Assembly (NCBI GenBank): GCA_964016885.1
Contig: OZ024740.1
Coordinates: 283,340,001 to 283,404,000 of the forward strand
Direction of reading: 5' to 3'
Origin: Eledone cirrhosa
Taxonomy: Eukaryota
DNA: 64,000 nucleotides
The notes beneath the pieces are model-generated. The model was not told the origin of the DNA and did not search any database. It saw only the letters and a list, made by a program, of their open reading frames with translations. Made by a program: the position numbers and the translations under genes. Positions 28,496-43,422 of this stretch are shown piece by piece. Position 1 is the first letter of the stretch. Each line of letters starts with the position of its first letter.

Positions 28496-28914
28496 ATATT
28501 ATCATTCGTAATGCGTTTGTTCTGGCACATGTTATACTGACACTATACCAAAAAATCGAGCCATAGCCAATGGTCAAAGGTCGTTTGAGTCATGCCTACT
28601 CCTTCAACTTTCCAACACCCTCCTTAGAAGATTTGTTGTTCCTAGCAAGGCTATTTTCTGCAACAATCCTGTCCTGATGGTAATTCCTAGTTTCTCAAGC
28701 CATGCATCTAACCTTTTACTAACTGCTTCCAGTGCGTCAACCCCAATCGGTACACATTCCCTGGTTTCCCTCTTCAGCTCCTGATATTTCTCAACTTTCT
28801 CACTTTCCTTCTCATTCACCCTGTGGTCCCATCGTGAAGCAATATCCACAATACTTGCCTTGCTATTGTTCTTTTCTACAACAATATTTATTATTACCAT
28901 AATTATTATAGTAG

Positions 28915-29138
28915 GGCGATGGATTGGCATTATCGGCAGAGGGTCTGACGCCATGATTTGCAGTATAGAGTCACGAACCTTTATGATCTGAGTTCATATC
29001 CCGCCGAGGTTAACTTTGCCTTTCATCCTTACGGGGTCGATAAAATAGAATACTAGTGACGCACTGGGGTCAATTTAATCGACTTTCCCCTTCCCCAAAA
29101 ATTGTTGACCTTGTGCCTATATACGAAACCATTATTAT
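28915..29138 (+). mobile_element. SINE family 1 nested in the LINE
   Basis: Consensus match. Confidence 0.9.
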
Positions 29139-29738
29139 TATAGACCTTCTTTAAATTCTGCTTCTTTTCCATACTTTGCCATGTATCATCCTGACACGTA
29201 AAACAACGTTTGGTAATTTACACAATTTACAATAAACCACAGTAAACGTCTTTGCAAATATATTATATTCCTATGGAGCTGATACTTTGCAGCCTGATAG
29301 CAGGTGGTCAACGGTCTCAACATGTTCACCTCCGAATCGCCACGTTGGGCCAATTCTATTTCTGATTACATTGGCTTGAAAGCTGCGCGTTGAAAGCCGT
29401 TAGTTTTATGCAGCCAAAATGAAGCCATCGCTCTCTGCCTTTAGCGCAAAAGTCCGCAACCAGTGATGAGGGAAAGTTTGATCTACCTCAGGTTCTTTCA
29501 TACGAAGAACATATTGCCAATACAGTGGTTTTTACTCCCATTTAGTGTAGGCCCCCCATGGATCTTCATGTTTTGCCAACATTTTGATGTTCTTCGCTAC
29601 TCTAATTGAAGATTCGCCATCATTTTCAAAATGTATTTCCAGTTCTGCTGCTAACTTCCTACTTACCTTTGTGATTTAATCTCACCTCTTCTTTTTTTCG
29701 TGATCTGCAACTACTTTTAACATGCAAAATATCAATAA

Positions 29739-31480
29739 CACCGTGTAACATATTTTTTTGTTCCCCGGTTCATAGTGTCATTTACTGGTTTGTTATATCC
29801 CATTATTATAAAAAAAACACTATTATTTAATCAGAAGTTTGGGTTTGTGGTCAGGAATTTGATATTTTGAAATGTTCAAGAAAAAACACATTTTTTTTAA
29901 ATTTATCAAATCATATAATTAAATCAACAGAGTATATATTTATTTTATTACACAGGCTTATCAAAAGCAAACAAGTAAAAACAAATAACGCTTAGAAAGC
30001 AACTTATACACGTCAGAAATGACTGGAATTCCTGGATTTGCGGTTGTAGTCCAGGTCGCATTCCCGCACTAGCCCCCAGATATAGTCCCCCATCATTTTT
30101 TCATTGTAGTGGCCCTGGTACCTCCGGTCTATCTCTTTCAAATCTTGGTGTTGTTCTTCTGAGTAGGCGCCCATATTGTCCTTGAATTTTTCCAGGTGAG
30201 CGTCCAGCATATGGAGTTTAAGTGACATCCTGCATCCCATGGCGCCAAAAGCCTTTATCAGATCCTGCACCAGTTGCTGGTAGTACTCAGCTCTGTAGTT
30301 GCCCAGGAAGCCCTTAACTGCCTTGAAACAGTTCCATGCTGTTCTCTCAATCCTATTGAGCTTATTGGAGAACTCGGTAAACTCAAACACCTTCTTTATC
30401 TGAGGTCCAACAAAAATTTCACCTTTGATTTTGGCCTCAGATAACTTGGGGAAGAACTCAAGAAGGTACTTAAAAGTAGCTGATTCTTGGTTGAGAGCCT
30501 TCACAAACTGCTTCATCAACCCTAACATAATGTGCAGTGGCGGCATGAGCACAATCCTGGGATCAACCAGTGGCTCCCACATGACATTCCGGGTCCCAAC
30601 TACAAATTCTGTTCGCTGCTCCCAGTTCTTTCTTTTGTAGTAGTCAGAGGTGGCTCTGCTGTCCCAAAGGCAGAGGAAGCATTGGAATTTGATAAAGCCT
30701 CCTTGGAGTCCAAGCAGGAAAGCCACCATCTTGAAATCTCCAATGATTTCCCAATTGTACTGGTTGTATTTCAGAGCTTCCAAGAGGACTTTCACACTGT
30801 AGTAATCTTCCTTCAGGCAGACTGAATGAGCTAGGGGCAGTGTCGGGAACTTGTTTCCATTGTGGAGGAGGACAACCTTCAAACTTGTGGTGGAGCTGTC
30901 TATAAATAACCGCCACTCCTTGGACACAAACGGCACCCCAATAACGTCAAACAGTCCAGGCACGTCATGGCAGAAGCAGAGGCCATCCTAAGAGTGTAAA
31001 AGCCCGAGAAAGGTTCGTGTCGACTTATCACCTGCACTCCCTCCTTGACCATGTTCCACTGCTTCATCCTGTAGACGAATAGCTCTGCATTGGACTTGGT
31101 CAGACCCATATCCCTGACCAAGTCATTGACTTCTTTTTGATTTGGGAAGTGAGGAACTTTTTCTGGTACCCCAGTATAAATAAATCTCTTTAATCCACTT
31201 TTTAAACAATTTTATACTTTATTGCACTTTTATAATTTTCTTTAGTTATTACTCTTTATTTTATCATTTTAATTTAACCTGAAACATATATAAAAAAAAA
31301 TCATTTAACATAAGCAAATTAAACTTACATACAACGTAAAATCCAGCATACAAATAATTTTAGTGAATAGCTTAGAATTTTTACAAACCCAAACTTTTAA
31401 CTGTTTAATAGCATTTTTTTTTATTTATTTGGGACCTAAGCAACACAACAAAAGTGATTACAAGCCAGGAACAGAGAAAA
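29739..31480 (-). mobile_element. Chapaev3-like (CMC superfamily) DNA transposon, 5'-truncated
   Basis: Terminus cac(c)gtgtaacatatttttttgttcc at 29739; transposase inside; second TIR not found; family assignment is from memory of motifs. Confidence 0.65.
30013..31170 (-). pseudogene. Chapaev3-like transposase C-terminal region (316-aa open stretch plus frameshifted upstream part)
   Basis: WRLFIDSS, LLHNGN, GDFKMV..LLGLQGG..K..CFLCLWDSRA, PPLHI.LGLMKQFVKAL, MSLKLH.L..HL..F..N.GA.SEEQ motifs; upstream LVRDMGLTKSNAEL in another frame. Confidence 0.8.
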
Positions 31481-33883
31481 CAAAATGTTTGAGACTAATT
31501 GTTGATATTTTGCATGACAGCTCAAGCTGGATCATTCTTCTACCTCCGTTTTGTCTAGCGAGATAGAAGCAATCTACATCTGCTTTTAGGGGATGTAGTT
31601 TACAGATCAGACGTTTCCTGATTTTGGTATCCATTTTCTTTATTTCATTAACATTCCAATTTCTATGGAAACTATAGGTAACATCAGGGGTTGCAAGCGC
31701 ATGAATGGCAGATATTTTATTATTTGAGTTGAGTTCACTTTTCGAGACAACGAGTTCTCTCCGGTAGCATTCCTTCTTGATTCTCTCTTTCGTTTATTCC
31801 TAGATATCGGTAGGTTTGTTCCTGTTCTATTTACTTAATTATTGTATTCACATCTATTTGCACTGACTTCGTGCTTGTCATTCTTCCTTTCTTTAATGTT
31901 GTTCTGGCCCATTTTTCCAGCCCGAATTCCATCCCTTCATCATCACTGAACTCCTTAACTGTCTTCAACAGTCCTTCCTATTCGCTCTCATTTTTGGCAT
32001 GCAGTTTCATGTCGCCCGTATACAACCTATGATTTATGGTTTTGCTATCTATTCTGTAGCCATATTTTGTATTGTTGGGTGTTATAGATAGTGGCATGTG
32101 TGCAATGCAAAATATCAGGAGAAAACTAATCACATCAAAAAATACCACAGTTAACACTGCTGGAATTTATAGCTCCATCACTGTGTGGCAGTAATAGATT
32201 TGTATTCCATACAGACATGTTGTATTTCAGAACATCCAAAGTTTTCAAAATCCATGAATGAGGAACACTATCAAATGCGTTCATTACAGCGAATCCATGC
32301 AGTACTCAATCTTCTGTGATTGTTATAAAAGTTTTTCAGAATCATACGGTTAACGAGAAGTTGGTCTTTCCAACCGTAAAACCCGCGACGGCAACCTTTC
32401 TTCTCATTAAGGAAAAGATGATTTTATGCATAGATTTATAGGTTGATTCAGTCAAGCTTGGAGTGAGAATTTTGTATTATGTTGGAAGGTAAGGAGTAGG
32501 ACGATAATTTTTGTGAATATATGTTTCTGTCGATTTTGACAAGAGATATGTTTTAGCTTGTGCAAACCAATCAAACGTTTTACCAGAGCTGTGCATGATT
32601 TCGTTATAACATTTTGCTAACGTATCATGGTTAGCAGTTGGAAAGGATAAACAGTGTTTTGGTACTTTATCAATGCCAGGAGCTTATTATTTGTTGACTT
32701 TCTTTAGTGCTAACTTCAGTTCTTCCCTAGTTATGCCTTGATAACTCTGCCTTTAAAAATTATTGTATGTTTCTTCCATGTACATTATCCATTCTGCATT
32801 CGCATTATGGAATTTTTCTATATTTCATATTATTTTCCAAAATTCTTCAATTTCATGAATTGAAGGAGGTTCCTTTACTTGAATTGTTTGTGTCCCAATT
32901 TCCCTATAAAATCTTTTTGTATTTGACATAAACAGCTTATTTTGCCTGTAAACCTATTTCGCTTTTCAAATCTTCTGAATTTTATCTTTCGGCTGTACTT
33001 TCTGTTTCAAGGTTTCTTTCATTGATGGAATATCAGGTTTTGAAATTATTTTGATTTCTTCTTAATCACCTTCTTTCTTTTTCTTGACTTGAAAGATTTC
33101 CCAGCATCTATTTCCTCCAGAATATTTCTCGCCTCATCATTTCAATTCCTTTCTCAGTGTGATGTTTTGTCAGTGCCGTCTTTCTTTACTCTTTCCTTAA
33201 CACACATTTCCTTTTTATAACTTTTGCTGCTTCATAAATAACTTCATTCCATTCTGATACATCAGGGTCCATCTCTTAAATTATTTCTTTAACAGCCGAA
33301 TTTCCAGTCTTTATGTGTCGTTTGTTCTGATAGCTGCTTGTCAGTTTTTGCAAGGACTCTCTTCCCCCCCATATTAATGGGGGGGGGGGGGGATTCCATG
33401 TTCATTGAAAATGTATTGTTTTATTTGTTCTCTCTGATCTTTGTGTTCATTAGTAGAAATATCCTTATTCATATTGTCACTCTGTCTTTCAGCTTGACCC
33501 TGCTCTGTTATGATACTTTTAATTTTGTGTGAAATCTTTCCTGGTGACAACATAGTCAATACGTTTACTGGCGTCCGTACTGTCATATATTCATTTCCAT
33601 CCCATTTCTCCTTGTGACGGGCTTCTAGACAATTTACCATCTACATAATCTTACTCACAGCGCTTGGCTATAACAGCAGATATGTTAAAACACATTAGCG
33701 ACGGATTGGACATCTGATCTCTTCAATGGAAGCACACTTCTTAACTATTTCATTACTTCACTATGCTTGTGGTCAAATATTTATCATAAATGCAAACATA
33801 TATATATATACACAGATATATGAACACATACACACACGCACGTATATATATATATACATATGTGTGTGCGCGTATGTGTGTGT

Positions 33884-34001
<118 letters not shown>

Positions 34002-35187
34002 ATGTATGTGTGCGTGTTTGTTTCATAATTATCATTAACAATATACATTTCAATGTATATATATATATATAATGAAACGTTTTAATTTGGAATTCAGTTC
34101 ATTTTCTTCTTTATGAGTTTTATCAAGATAGGACATATTTCCACTTAAAAGCGTACTTAAATCCGAACGTTCCTATGTGTGTTTTGCATCTTTTTTTTTG
34201 TGTAAAATGTTCTGCGGTATTCATTCCAGCTGTCTGGGCTCACTGGATTCAACTCCACCTGAGATCAATTTTGCTGTTCGCCCTTTCAATGTCGATAAAT
34301 ATAATAGTACTCGTGTCAATTACTTCTCTATAGCTCTATCTGACACGTTAACTCTCTCTTTCTCTGGAGATATCGGCTGTGTTCAGACTTGGATATACTC
34401 CACCAAGTTGAAAGCACCCAAAACACAGCATATGTCAGATATGAATGCATTAGGAATGTTTATGATCTATATATACATACTCACAAGGACTCATAAACAA
34501 AATATTGAAGCAGATATTCCTTTGTCAGCACTTATTATATAGGAGTACAAAACATATTTGCCACCATTAAAACAAAGCTGGTAATCCTATTCCAAAACAC
34601 GAAAAGGAAAGAGTTAATGAGTGAAAAAATCTTAATCATTAAAAGCTAACTAAAGTATCTCAGAAACTTCTCACAAAAGCAATATTTACATCAGAAAATA
34701 ATTCCAAATTCTTCGTTAAAACTTGTAACTATTCAAATACTGATTCAAACAAAACATTCCAAAACGAACAATCCTTTAATATAAACATAGAAATGAAGTG
34801 CACAGAGAATTATATCGATTAGACAGGTAATCTTTGTGTGAATAAATGAGAGTAAACAAACAGCAGATTTGAAAACCGGAACTAAAGAAAATCCCACTCT
34901 GCGAATATCTAGAAATTTGCAGGAACAGCAAATTCAAAATATTCCAATATTTATAAATGATTAAATTATAAATTATAAAAATTATCGACAAGTTATGGTG
35001 AATTAGTTTATTTACAAATGTACTCCGAAACGAAATCATAAACGAACTTCGTAAACAGATACTAAAATATGCTTTATGTATAAACAGTGTATTTTTATAA
35101 CCATTGAACCAGTTACGAACTTTTAAATTTGAAGTGAATTTAAATTTAACTATATATATGTATGTTTGTATACAGAGAGGGAGGGGC

Positions 35188-35305
<118 letters not shown>

Positions 35306-35652
35306 AGGCTGGTTTTCTGAGCTGAAAAAACGGAAAAACAAAAAGACACATATGCAAGCGCATATACATGTTTAGTTCGTCGGCTACAGTCAAGGTTTTA
35401 TGAATAGAAGTTGTTTCATCACACAAAACTCATTAAAGACGAAACTAAAATTCGTCGAATAAGATTTAGCGATCCTGGGAACAAGTTACAGGCAATATAA
35501 ACAGGAAATATTTTATAGTGCGTGTTATCTTTGAGGTTTCATTGAGTTGTACATATCTCCTTTCTCTAGACTTTCCCCTTCACCTTTCATACTCCACATT
35601 AAATTTGACATTTACACATTTATTTCATGAATTCTTACTATCTATCTATATA

Positions 35653-36142
35653 CAAGGCCGGATTTAGATCTTGGAGGGCTCAGTACACTTCAATATTTTT
35701 TTTTTTTTGTGGTTTCTTACACAAAACTTTAGAACACACACCAAACATCCAATTTTACATTTCAAATTCGGGTTGCGAAAGTAACAGGTATTAAATTCAT
35801 TTTATGTCCACTTTCCTCACTGACATGTGTTTGACAGTTTGTCGCAGTCCGAGACCACTCATACATTACATATTTGGCATGGTTTCTATGGCTGGATGCC
35901 CTTTCTAACATAAACACTTTAAAGTGTTTACTGGGAGAATTGTTTTTGTGATACAAGCACAACCACTTTACACAGCGACATCAAATACTTTTTACTAAAA
36001 ATATAGTTCTCATTGTCAAAGGAAAAAAGGAAAAAGCCCAGCAGAGGCCAAAAATAAAATTGTTACAACCGCCGCTGGTTCCCCGCCCACTGTTGGGAGC
36101 CCGGGACAATAAACCCCTTTTCCCTCATTCAATCCGGCCCTG
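35653..36142. mobile_element. MITE with caaggccggatt / aatccggccctg TIRs
   Basis: Inverted ends; imperfect 8-bp flanks tctatata/tccatatg. Confidence 0.5.
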
Positions 36143-36326
36143 TCCATATGTGTGTAATATATAGTTATATATGTGTGCTGTGTTTGTGTGTGTGTGTAAA
36201 ACGCTTTCAATCTGTTCGTTGGTTGTCTATCAATCGTATTAAATTACCACCTATTCTCTTTTTGTACGCGCGCAATAGACAAACACACATATAGACAGAT
36301 ACATACGTACACACATACATACATAC

Positions 36327-36396
<70 letters not shown>

Positions 36397-36425
36397 AAGA
36401 CATTAAAAGATGGTTAAAAATGTTC

Positions 36426-36509
36426 CATATATTTTATTATGCGCATTTCGAAAACAACATCATCCTGGGGCAAAAATTGTGTTCTCATCAGATAAAATAA
36501 GGTAACATG
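36426..36509 (-). ncRNA. Type I hammerhead ribozyme motif (family A)
   Basis: Minus strand TATTTTAT-CTGATGA-stem II-GAAA-TGCGCA-TA-ATAAAATA. Confidence 0.8.
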
Positions 36510-36700
36510 ATATGAGGCCTAAAAACACTTGAGTGCTACTTATCTGGTATATGCATAGTTTTATTGTTCTACAATATTACTCACCTCCTACATATATATA
36601 TATATATATAGTAATAATAATAAATTTGAAGACTAAAATCCAAAGAGGGCTCGATAAGGATAAATATATATCAAATATATAAGAACCGTAGAGCAAATAT

Positions 36701-36737
<37 letters not shown>

Positions 36738-39520
36738 TGTATGTATGTATGTATGTATGTATGTATGTATGTATGTATGTATGTATGTATGTATATGTAT
36801 GTATATTTACTAGGTCGCCTGCAATCAATGTTTGTGAATGCTGCCTGTTTCTTTGCATGAAAGCCGGACAACCTTTCCTTCCATCACGCTGGTCAGAGGA
36901 TTCTGATGTCAACAAATGTTATTACAAGTTAACGTTTAAATGCTTTATTCTCATTAGTCAACATAATGTAACTGATGCTCATTTCGATACCCCATAATCA
37001 TAAGCACAGGTTAGCATTTAATCGATTGCTTCAAATGACTTAGGACAAAGGAGACCACTTTAAGGGAATTAAATCCAGAAGGGGGTTATTGGAAGTATCC
37101 ACGTCCGTAAATGAAAACAAAATTATAGCTTATTGATGGAATTAACTGAACAGAATTACAAAGAGGTCTGATATAAAGTTAATGCGGGATTAACAAGATT
37201 TATTACAAATTCAATACACTGGGATTTACCAAATCAGGGGAGTTAATGCAGTGGTATTACCACAGGCATACACCTATGCTGAAAGCATGTAAATTTCCTA
37301 GCATTTTGTAATTTATTCCTAGCATTGGGTGAAGGCTTGATTCAATGTCGGTATAAGATTGCATAAAATAATGGTTTTATCAACACAAAGATGTTTATTG
37401 AGCTTGGGCAAACGTATCATACCTGAATGTTTCGTAAGTTCGCTTCATAATCCCAAAGATCTGTATTTGATTATACTGCCTAAACTCTTTGGCAAGTGCC
37501 ATTTATCATAACATCGGGTCGATGTTATGATAAATGACATTGAGGGAAATGATTAGACGAAACTGTTTGGATATCAATTGGTTAGATTATACATTCAATT
37601 CAAAGAATCTGTGCCAAGACGAATCTCCACAACAATTTCGTTAAGGTTACATGTGTCTATGGAATACTCAGTTACTTGCAAGTTAATTCTACGCACAAGT
37701 TCTTGCGTTTTTCGAACAACTGAGGCACCCATTGCCAAACCGACGGAGGCCATTCCATAGTATACCTATATTGTTATTATCCGAAATTTATTCGCAATTT
37801 GTAACTTCAGTATTAGGCAAGGCTTAAGTTGTCTAGCAAGGTGTAAGTATTAAATACAAACGTTACATGTGATGTATGCACGACTTGTCGTTTAAACAGT
37901 GACATGGGCCTGCTTTACTAACCAAACAAGACATTTTGCGAAGTAGATGAATGCACAATGAGTAGATAACCACAAATCGATACCTAATGCCAAGGGATAT
38001 CTGAAGAGTTGTTTGAAACTAAGAATGCAATTCTAGTCATCGCGTGTGATGCTGCAGAGGCAATATTAAAGAATGCATTGGATTCAATGCAGGTGGGTTT
38101 CAAATCATGGATATATTAAAGACTTTGAAACCACGTTAGGCTGCTGCATAAGTTTTTTCTCTCTTAGTCTGAATATAATATATTGAAATATGTATTTCTT
38201 AATGCAAATAACCAAAATAACACTCAATCCCTATATGCACGACCTGAGAGTACCCGATAAAATTATTCCGCTTAAGGGAAAAAATTGTGGGCAGAGGCAC
38301 CAGCGAGACATCAAACGCTGCATCTCTCAGAGGTTGTGTTAATGCGTTAACCATTGCTCTTAAAACGGACTGGCTACTAATTCCTTCTTTTTAGGAGATT
38401 TTAAACATAGAAATGTAAATTGTAAAAATATAGAAGCTTTTACTTAAGCGAAACATGGCACTATCGGTTTGATATCCAAACTCTAGAGATGGAGTTTCCT
38501 TTCTTTTTCAATACCAGCTGCTTCCTTAGAGGAAGAATTTACATAATTAAAAAAAGGAATATAATCTTCATACCAGACATACGATACATACATATTTACA
38601 TACATACATCAGTGTTTATGTATTTGAATGTGAATATTTCTGGGTGTTTGTAGAATAAATTGGTAATAAACAATTATTACCATATACACTTGTGTGTTTT
38701 TCTTATTGATCTGAGCAGAGCAGATTAGACCGATATTCCAACATCACCCTCACAGTAACTATAGCAATATCTACTTGTTCATTCTATATCACATCCACAT
38801 TGTTGACATAAACTCGCCTGAATTTATGGTGGACAGCTGTTTATTTTTAAATGTTTACATTCATCTAAAAAAAAATGTCCATTGTAATTCCATGTAAGAA
38901 CACCACGTTAATAATGATGTTATAGTTAAAAGAGATTTCTAGTATAGTGGGAAAGGTTTCTAAACAAAAAAAAAAAAACGTCTGTATCTACAGAGATCAA
39001 TATATTAACCGCTATATCGACACAACCCCAATGCTGATTTCTCTTCATGGTCACGTTGGACAGTGATTTCTAAATCTCTCTAAATTCTGGATAATTTTCA
39101 AAATTAATTGGAAACAGTAAGTTTTACCTTTCATAGGAAATATGGTAATGAAAGGATTAAACACACTCTTATTCAACAAGTACAGTCAGAATGCCGACAG
39201 TCGAAATGATTAGTTTAAATGGTCAGCTATATTAGACGTAAGAATAAGAACTGTGAAAACAAAACCAAGGTGCAGATATGATGTTGAATAGTGAATGTCG
39301 TATAAGGTGTAATTGTATTGGATTGTATTGGATTGCTATTTTCACTTTAGGTAGTGTTTATGATGTAAAATACAACAGATGTGATTAACAGCTTGGCATT
39401 TCAATCTCCAGAAATTGCTTTCTTCAAATACCAGATGAAATATTTGACCTTTGTTCCCCTACATGCGTATGTAATGGTTATATCAGATATCTATTTGCAT
39501 ATATGAATAAGAATGATTAT

Positions 39521-39594
<74 letters not shown>

Positions 39595-40209
39595 GCACAC
39601 ATACTTCGTTTTAGGTTTCCCTGCATGTCAGTGAAACGTTGTTATAGAGCAGCATAATATGGCAATAATTCAACACCTAAAATCACAAGTAAAGTGCATT
39701 CCCGTCATTAACCATCCTCGGAATTTCTCGCTTATATTTGTAACCTCGTATAACAATTCATCTTATAGGAGTATTTGCGTGCACAAAAGAAGGGAATCAG
39801 CCACTGACACTCTTGCGGTGACAATCAATTAGAAGCAGGAGGAGGTTAGACCTAAATACTTGTCAGGTGATAAATAGTTCTTCGGTAGACGAAATGAGAA
39901 GTATAAACAAGATGGACGTCGATCTGCCATGATATGTTTTTCCATGTTGAGAAGATTGAATTAAAAGGAATTTAGCTAAATAGACGATGCAACATTGACA
40001 AGAAAGACGGCAAAAATACAGCGTAAATTGTAAGTTGAGATTCATCTTCAGAATGTCCTTGCTTAGGGTTGTAACAGAATTGAACAAAAAGGTGGTTTAC
40101 ATTTGCCATCTATTGTTTGTTCGTGCTACATCAAACCATTTTTGTAGCAATGTCGTAATGTCTGAAAATGCAACAATTTAAACGAAACTTAATTCACTAC
40201 ATTTGTTAT

Positions 40210-41240
40210 GCCATCATGTCACGTAAGTATCAGGTAATATCATTAAATACCAAACTAAATATTATAAAATTAGTAAGGGTAGGAAAGAAAAGTGTGTTTG
40301 TGCAATCATTAGGATTTGTACTGTCAATTTTAAAAGCCATTATAAATCACTCTGACAAAATAAAATTTTCCTTGAAAATTCAGGTGAGCGTAGCACGCAC
40401 AGGCAGTAAAATTATGGAAAATATAGAGATAATGTTAAGTGTTTGGGTGGATGATTTGTCATAACGTCACACGCCATTCCTCCAAGCTATTATTTCGCAA
40501 CAGGCGTTAAATGTCTTTTATCATTTGAAATACGTAGCTGGGGGAATCACTCAGATATTTGGTGCTTCCCATGGATCGTTTGAAAAGTTTAAGAATCAGT
40601 ATATTGTTTATATCGTTCGAGCAATCATTACATCGGACTTTTTCCCCAAAATGGAAGCGTATTATAGAAAAAAGTAGGTATTTACCAAACCGTTGTCTTG
40701 AAATAGGTGAATGTGGGATATTTTCAAAAGATTACCTTAAAGGACGGACGGAAAAAGTTAACCAGGTTACGAAGCAGCAAAATGATCGTCTCTGGCAGTA
40801 TCGGTAGAAGGTCGGACGCCATGCTTTGACCCATAGAGTTACGGCCCTTGCCTTTCTGAGTTCAAATCCCGACGAGGTTAACTTTGCCTTTCATCCTTAC
40901 GGGGTCGATAAAATAATGCACTGGGTAATTGCTGGCTTTGTGCCAAAAGTAGAAACAATTATCATTGCAACCAAATGTCACTGGTGGCTTGAATTGGTTG
41001 TTTACCATTCTCATATTCCAAGTGAAATTCAACAGAAAAACCTTCGGTGGGCTAAAAAGGATTTGCATTCTAAAAGTATTGTTGAACACAACGAGTTGAA
41101 TGTCAAACGTTGCTGTGAGAAAATAATTTCGAGGTGAGACACTTCAAATTTTGGACAACGCTCTCAGTCATCCTCCAAAGCCCAATTCATTGCAAGCTTG
41201 CATATCTGTTTAAGTCGTTCTCTTTCCAGCAAACCCATCT
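40210..41240 (+). pseudogene. Decayed Tigger/pogo (CENP-B HTH plus DDE_1) transposase, split by a SINE
   Basis: RKYQVISLNTKLNIIK...MENIEIMLSVWVDD and LDNALSHP (~41151) motifs. Confidence 0.8.
40792..40962 (+). mobile_element. SINE family 1
   Basis: Consensus match. Confidence 0.9.
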
Positions 41241-42111
41241 TGGTGTTATGTCCGTGTTTTTTACAAGAACTAAGTTGATTTGAGTGACTGATGATAAACG
41301 ACAAGAGGTAAAAAAAAATCTCAAGTAATTACATTACGTAAGACATAAAAATATAGCAATTCATGTGAAGAAGTTAAAAATACATATTTCATTTGGGTTT
41401 TGGAAAATTATGTCCAAATGTAGTTAAAGAAGACCATTTCATAGATAAAACTTTCTAAATCACCAGAAGCCTATTACAAAAGGCTCATAAAATAAGATTG
41501 GAAGACGTTGATTCATGTTCTATTCAGAATTTGTTGCATGATGATAAGGATATCGCAATTTATTATTGTTTTCAAGGGATACCTAAACTACTAATACATA
41601 TTGTAGTTAGCGAGGAAGAGATTTCTCCACAACGAGTTGGCTTAGTTAAATACCTGGAGCATTCAGAGCAACTTTCAAGAAATGATTTTAATTTCGATCG
41701 AAGCATGGGAATTATAATAATAATATTGATACCGATAAATTGTTTCTGGAGGGATAGAATGTTTATAAGAAGGAAAAGCAATCAACACCTGAAAAGATTT
41801 TTTTTGGGGGGGGGGGGGAAATTGTGGAGAAACAATCATGGCTTACACATTTTTGTGGCATAAAATAATGCAAATGTGTATAGTTTATCTTGTTGGAAAT
41901 TGCATACAACTTTCTTCAAAGGAATTTTTTCTATATATATAACAGCAGGCCTGCTGTATATTAAATATGAGTACATTTCTTTCAATTATTAATATACCTT
42001 ATCTGCATACAAACTATGTTTTACCTACTTCTGATAGTGAGCTTTCTGATATTAAAAGAAAATGTGGAACATAATAATTTCGTTAATTTTGATTTCAGGC
42101 AATATATTCAG

Positions 42112-42247
<136 letters not shown>

Positions 42248-42651
42248 GTGCGTGTGTGTGTGTGTGCGTGTGTATGTGTGCGTGCGTGTGTATGTGTGTG
42301 TGTGTGTATAGTGTAAACAAAGTTTAACGTGCTACCAGTGGTTTCGAGACAAGAGCATGAATGAGGGCCAGTTTAAAAGGACCTCCTTCATTACATAGTG
42401 GTGGCCATGACTGGACCCCGGAACCATTGGTAGCACATGCATGTTAAGTGTATGAAATTTTGTTTACACTAAATAAGGTCTCTTCTAACAGATCAAGAAC
42501 TGTTTTCCTTGAGCTTTCACCAACGGATTTCCACCAACGTATATATATATATATATATATATATATTGTGTTTTCGCATGGTGCGGGTGAAACAAGTATT
42601 GAGTACTTTGGTGCGTTATGGTCCACTTGGTTCCTTACCACTTTTCCTTCG

Positions 42652-42726
<75 letters not shown>

Positions 42727-42776
42727 TATCAATGATATTAATTAATAAATGGAAACTATCTTTATAAAATCATATT

Positions 42777-42837
42777 TATTTTATTATATATATTTCAAGG
42801 GTACCAAAATTTTGGTACGCACTCATCAGATAAAATA
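42777..42837 (-). ncRNA. Type I hammerhead ribozyme motif (family B)
   Basis: Minus strand TATTTTAT-CTGATGA-gtgcgtaccaaaattttggtaccctt-GAAA-TATATA-TA-ATAAAATA. Confidence 0.8.
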
Positions 42838-43065
42838 CAAAAATTGTTTTACAGTTAGTGACATATTCAAAACTAGAACTTAACGTTTTGAGTTCTATTT
42901 GAATAGAGAAGAACCTCAAATCATAGGATGAATATGCTAATGAGGATGGCGTTAGAATTGAAAAAGATCGTTATGTTTAGACGCTAGGTATATATATATA
43001 TATGAATATATATATATACATATATATATATAATATATAAGATCAAAAGATGGTTAAAGGAGTTC

Positions 43066-43150
43066 CATGTATTTTATTATGAGCATTTCAAAAACAGACA
43101 TCATCATGCAATAATATTTGTGTTTTCATCAGATAAAACAGGAGAACATG
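43066..43150 (-). ncRNA. Hammerhead motif (family A), stem III mutated
   Basis: As 1186-1270 but stem III reads TGCTCA. Confidence 0.7.
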
Positions 43151-43260
43151 ATACGAAGGCTAAAAAACACTTGTGGATAGTGCAGTTTTAAATCAACATA
43201 TGAAAAGTAGTTTTAGTTTTACAAACTGTAGAGTGCTTCTTATCAATAAAACTCACCTCC

Positions 43261-43309
<49 letters not shown>

Positions 43310-43377
43310 CTGTGTGTGTATGTGTATGCTTATACGTATACACCTACCTACACCACACACACAGACACACCCACACA

Positions 43378-43422
<45 letters not shown>

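Larger units (their letters stand above)
28500..33500 (-). mobile_element. Decayed Dong/R4-clade non-LTR retrotransposon, interrupted by a SINE and a Chapaev-like element
   Basis: Minus-strand motifs in order: KGCRRGFYGWKDQLLVN (~32350-32400), AFDSVPHSWI (~32250), INHRLYTGDMKL (~32010), YLARQNGGRRMIQLE (~31520-31570), LKAESDGFILAA (~29410), ETVDHLLSGC zinc knuckle (~29300), restriction-like endonuclease EKESEKVEKYQEL...LQKIALLGT (28604-28860). Confidence 0.85.

Noticed and set aside
31500-31570. N-terminus of the Chapaev-like transposase
   Set aside because: Translates better as LINE sequence (YLARQNGGRRMIQLE)
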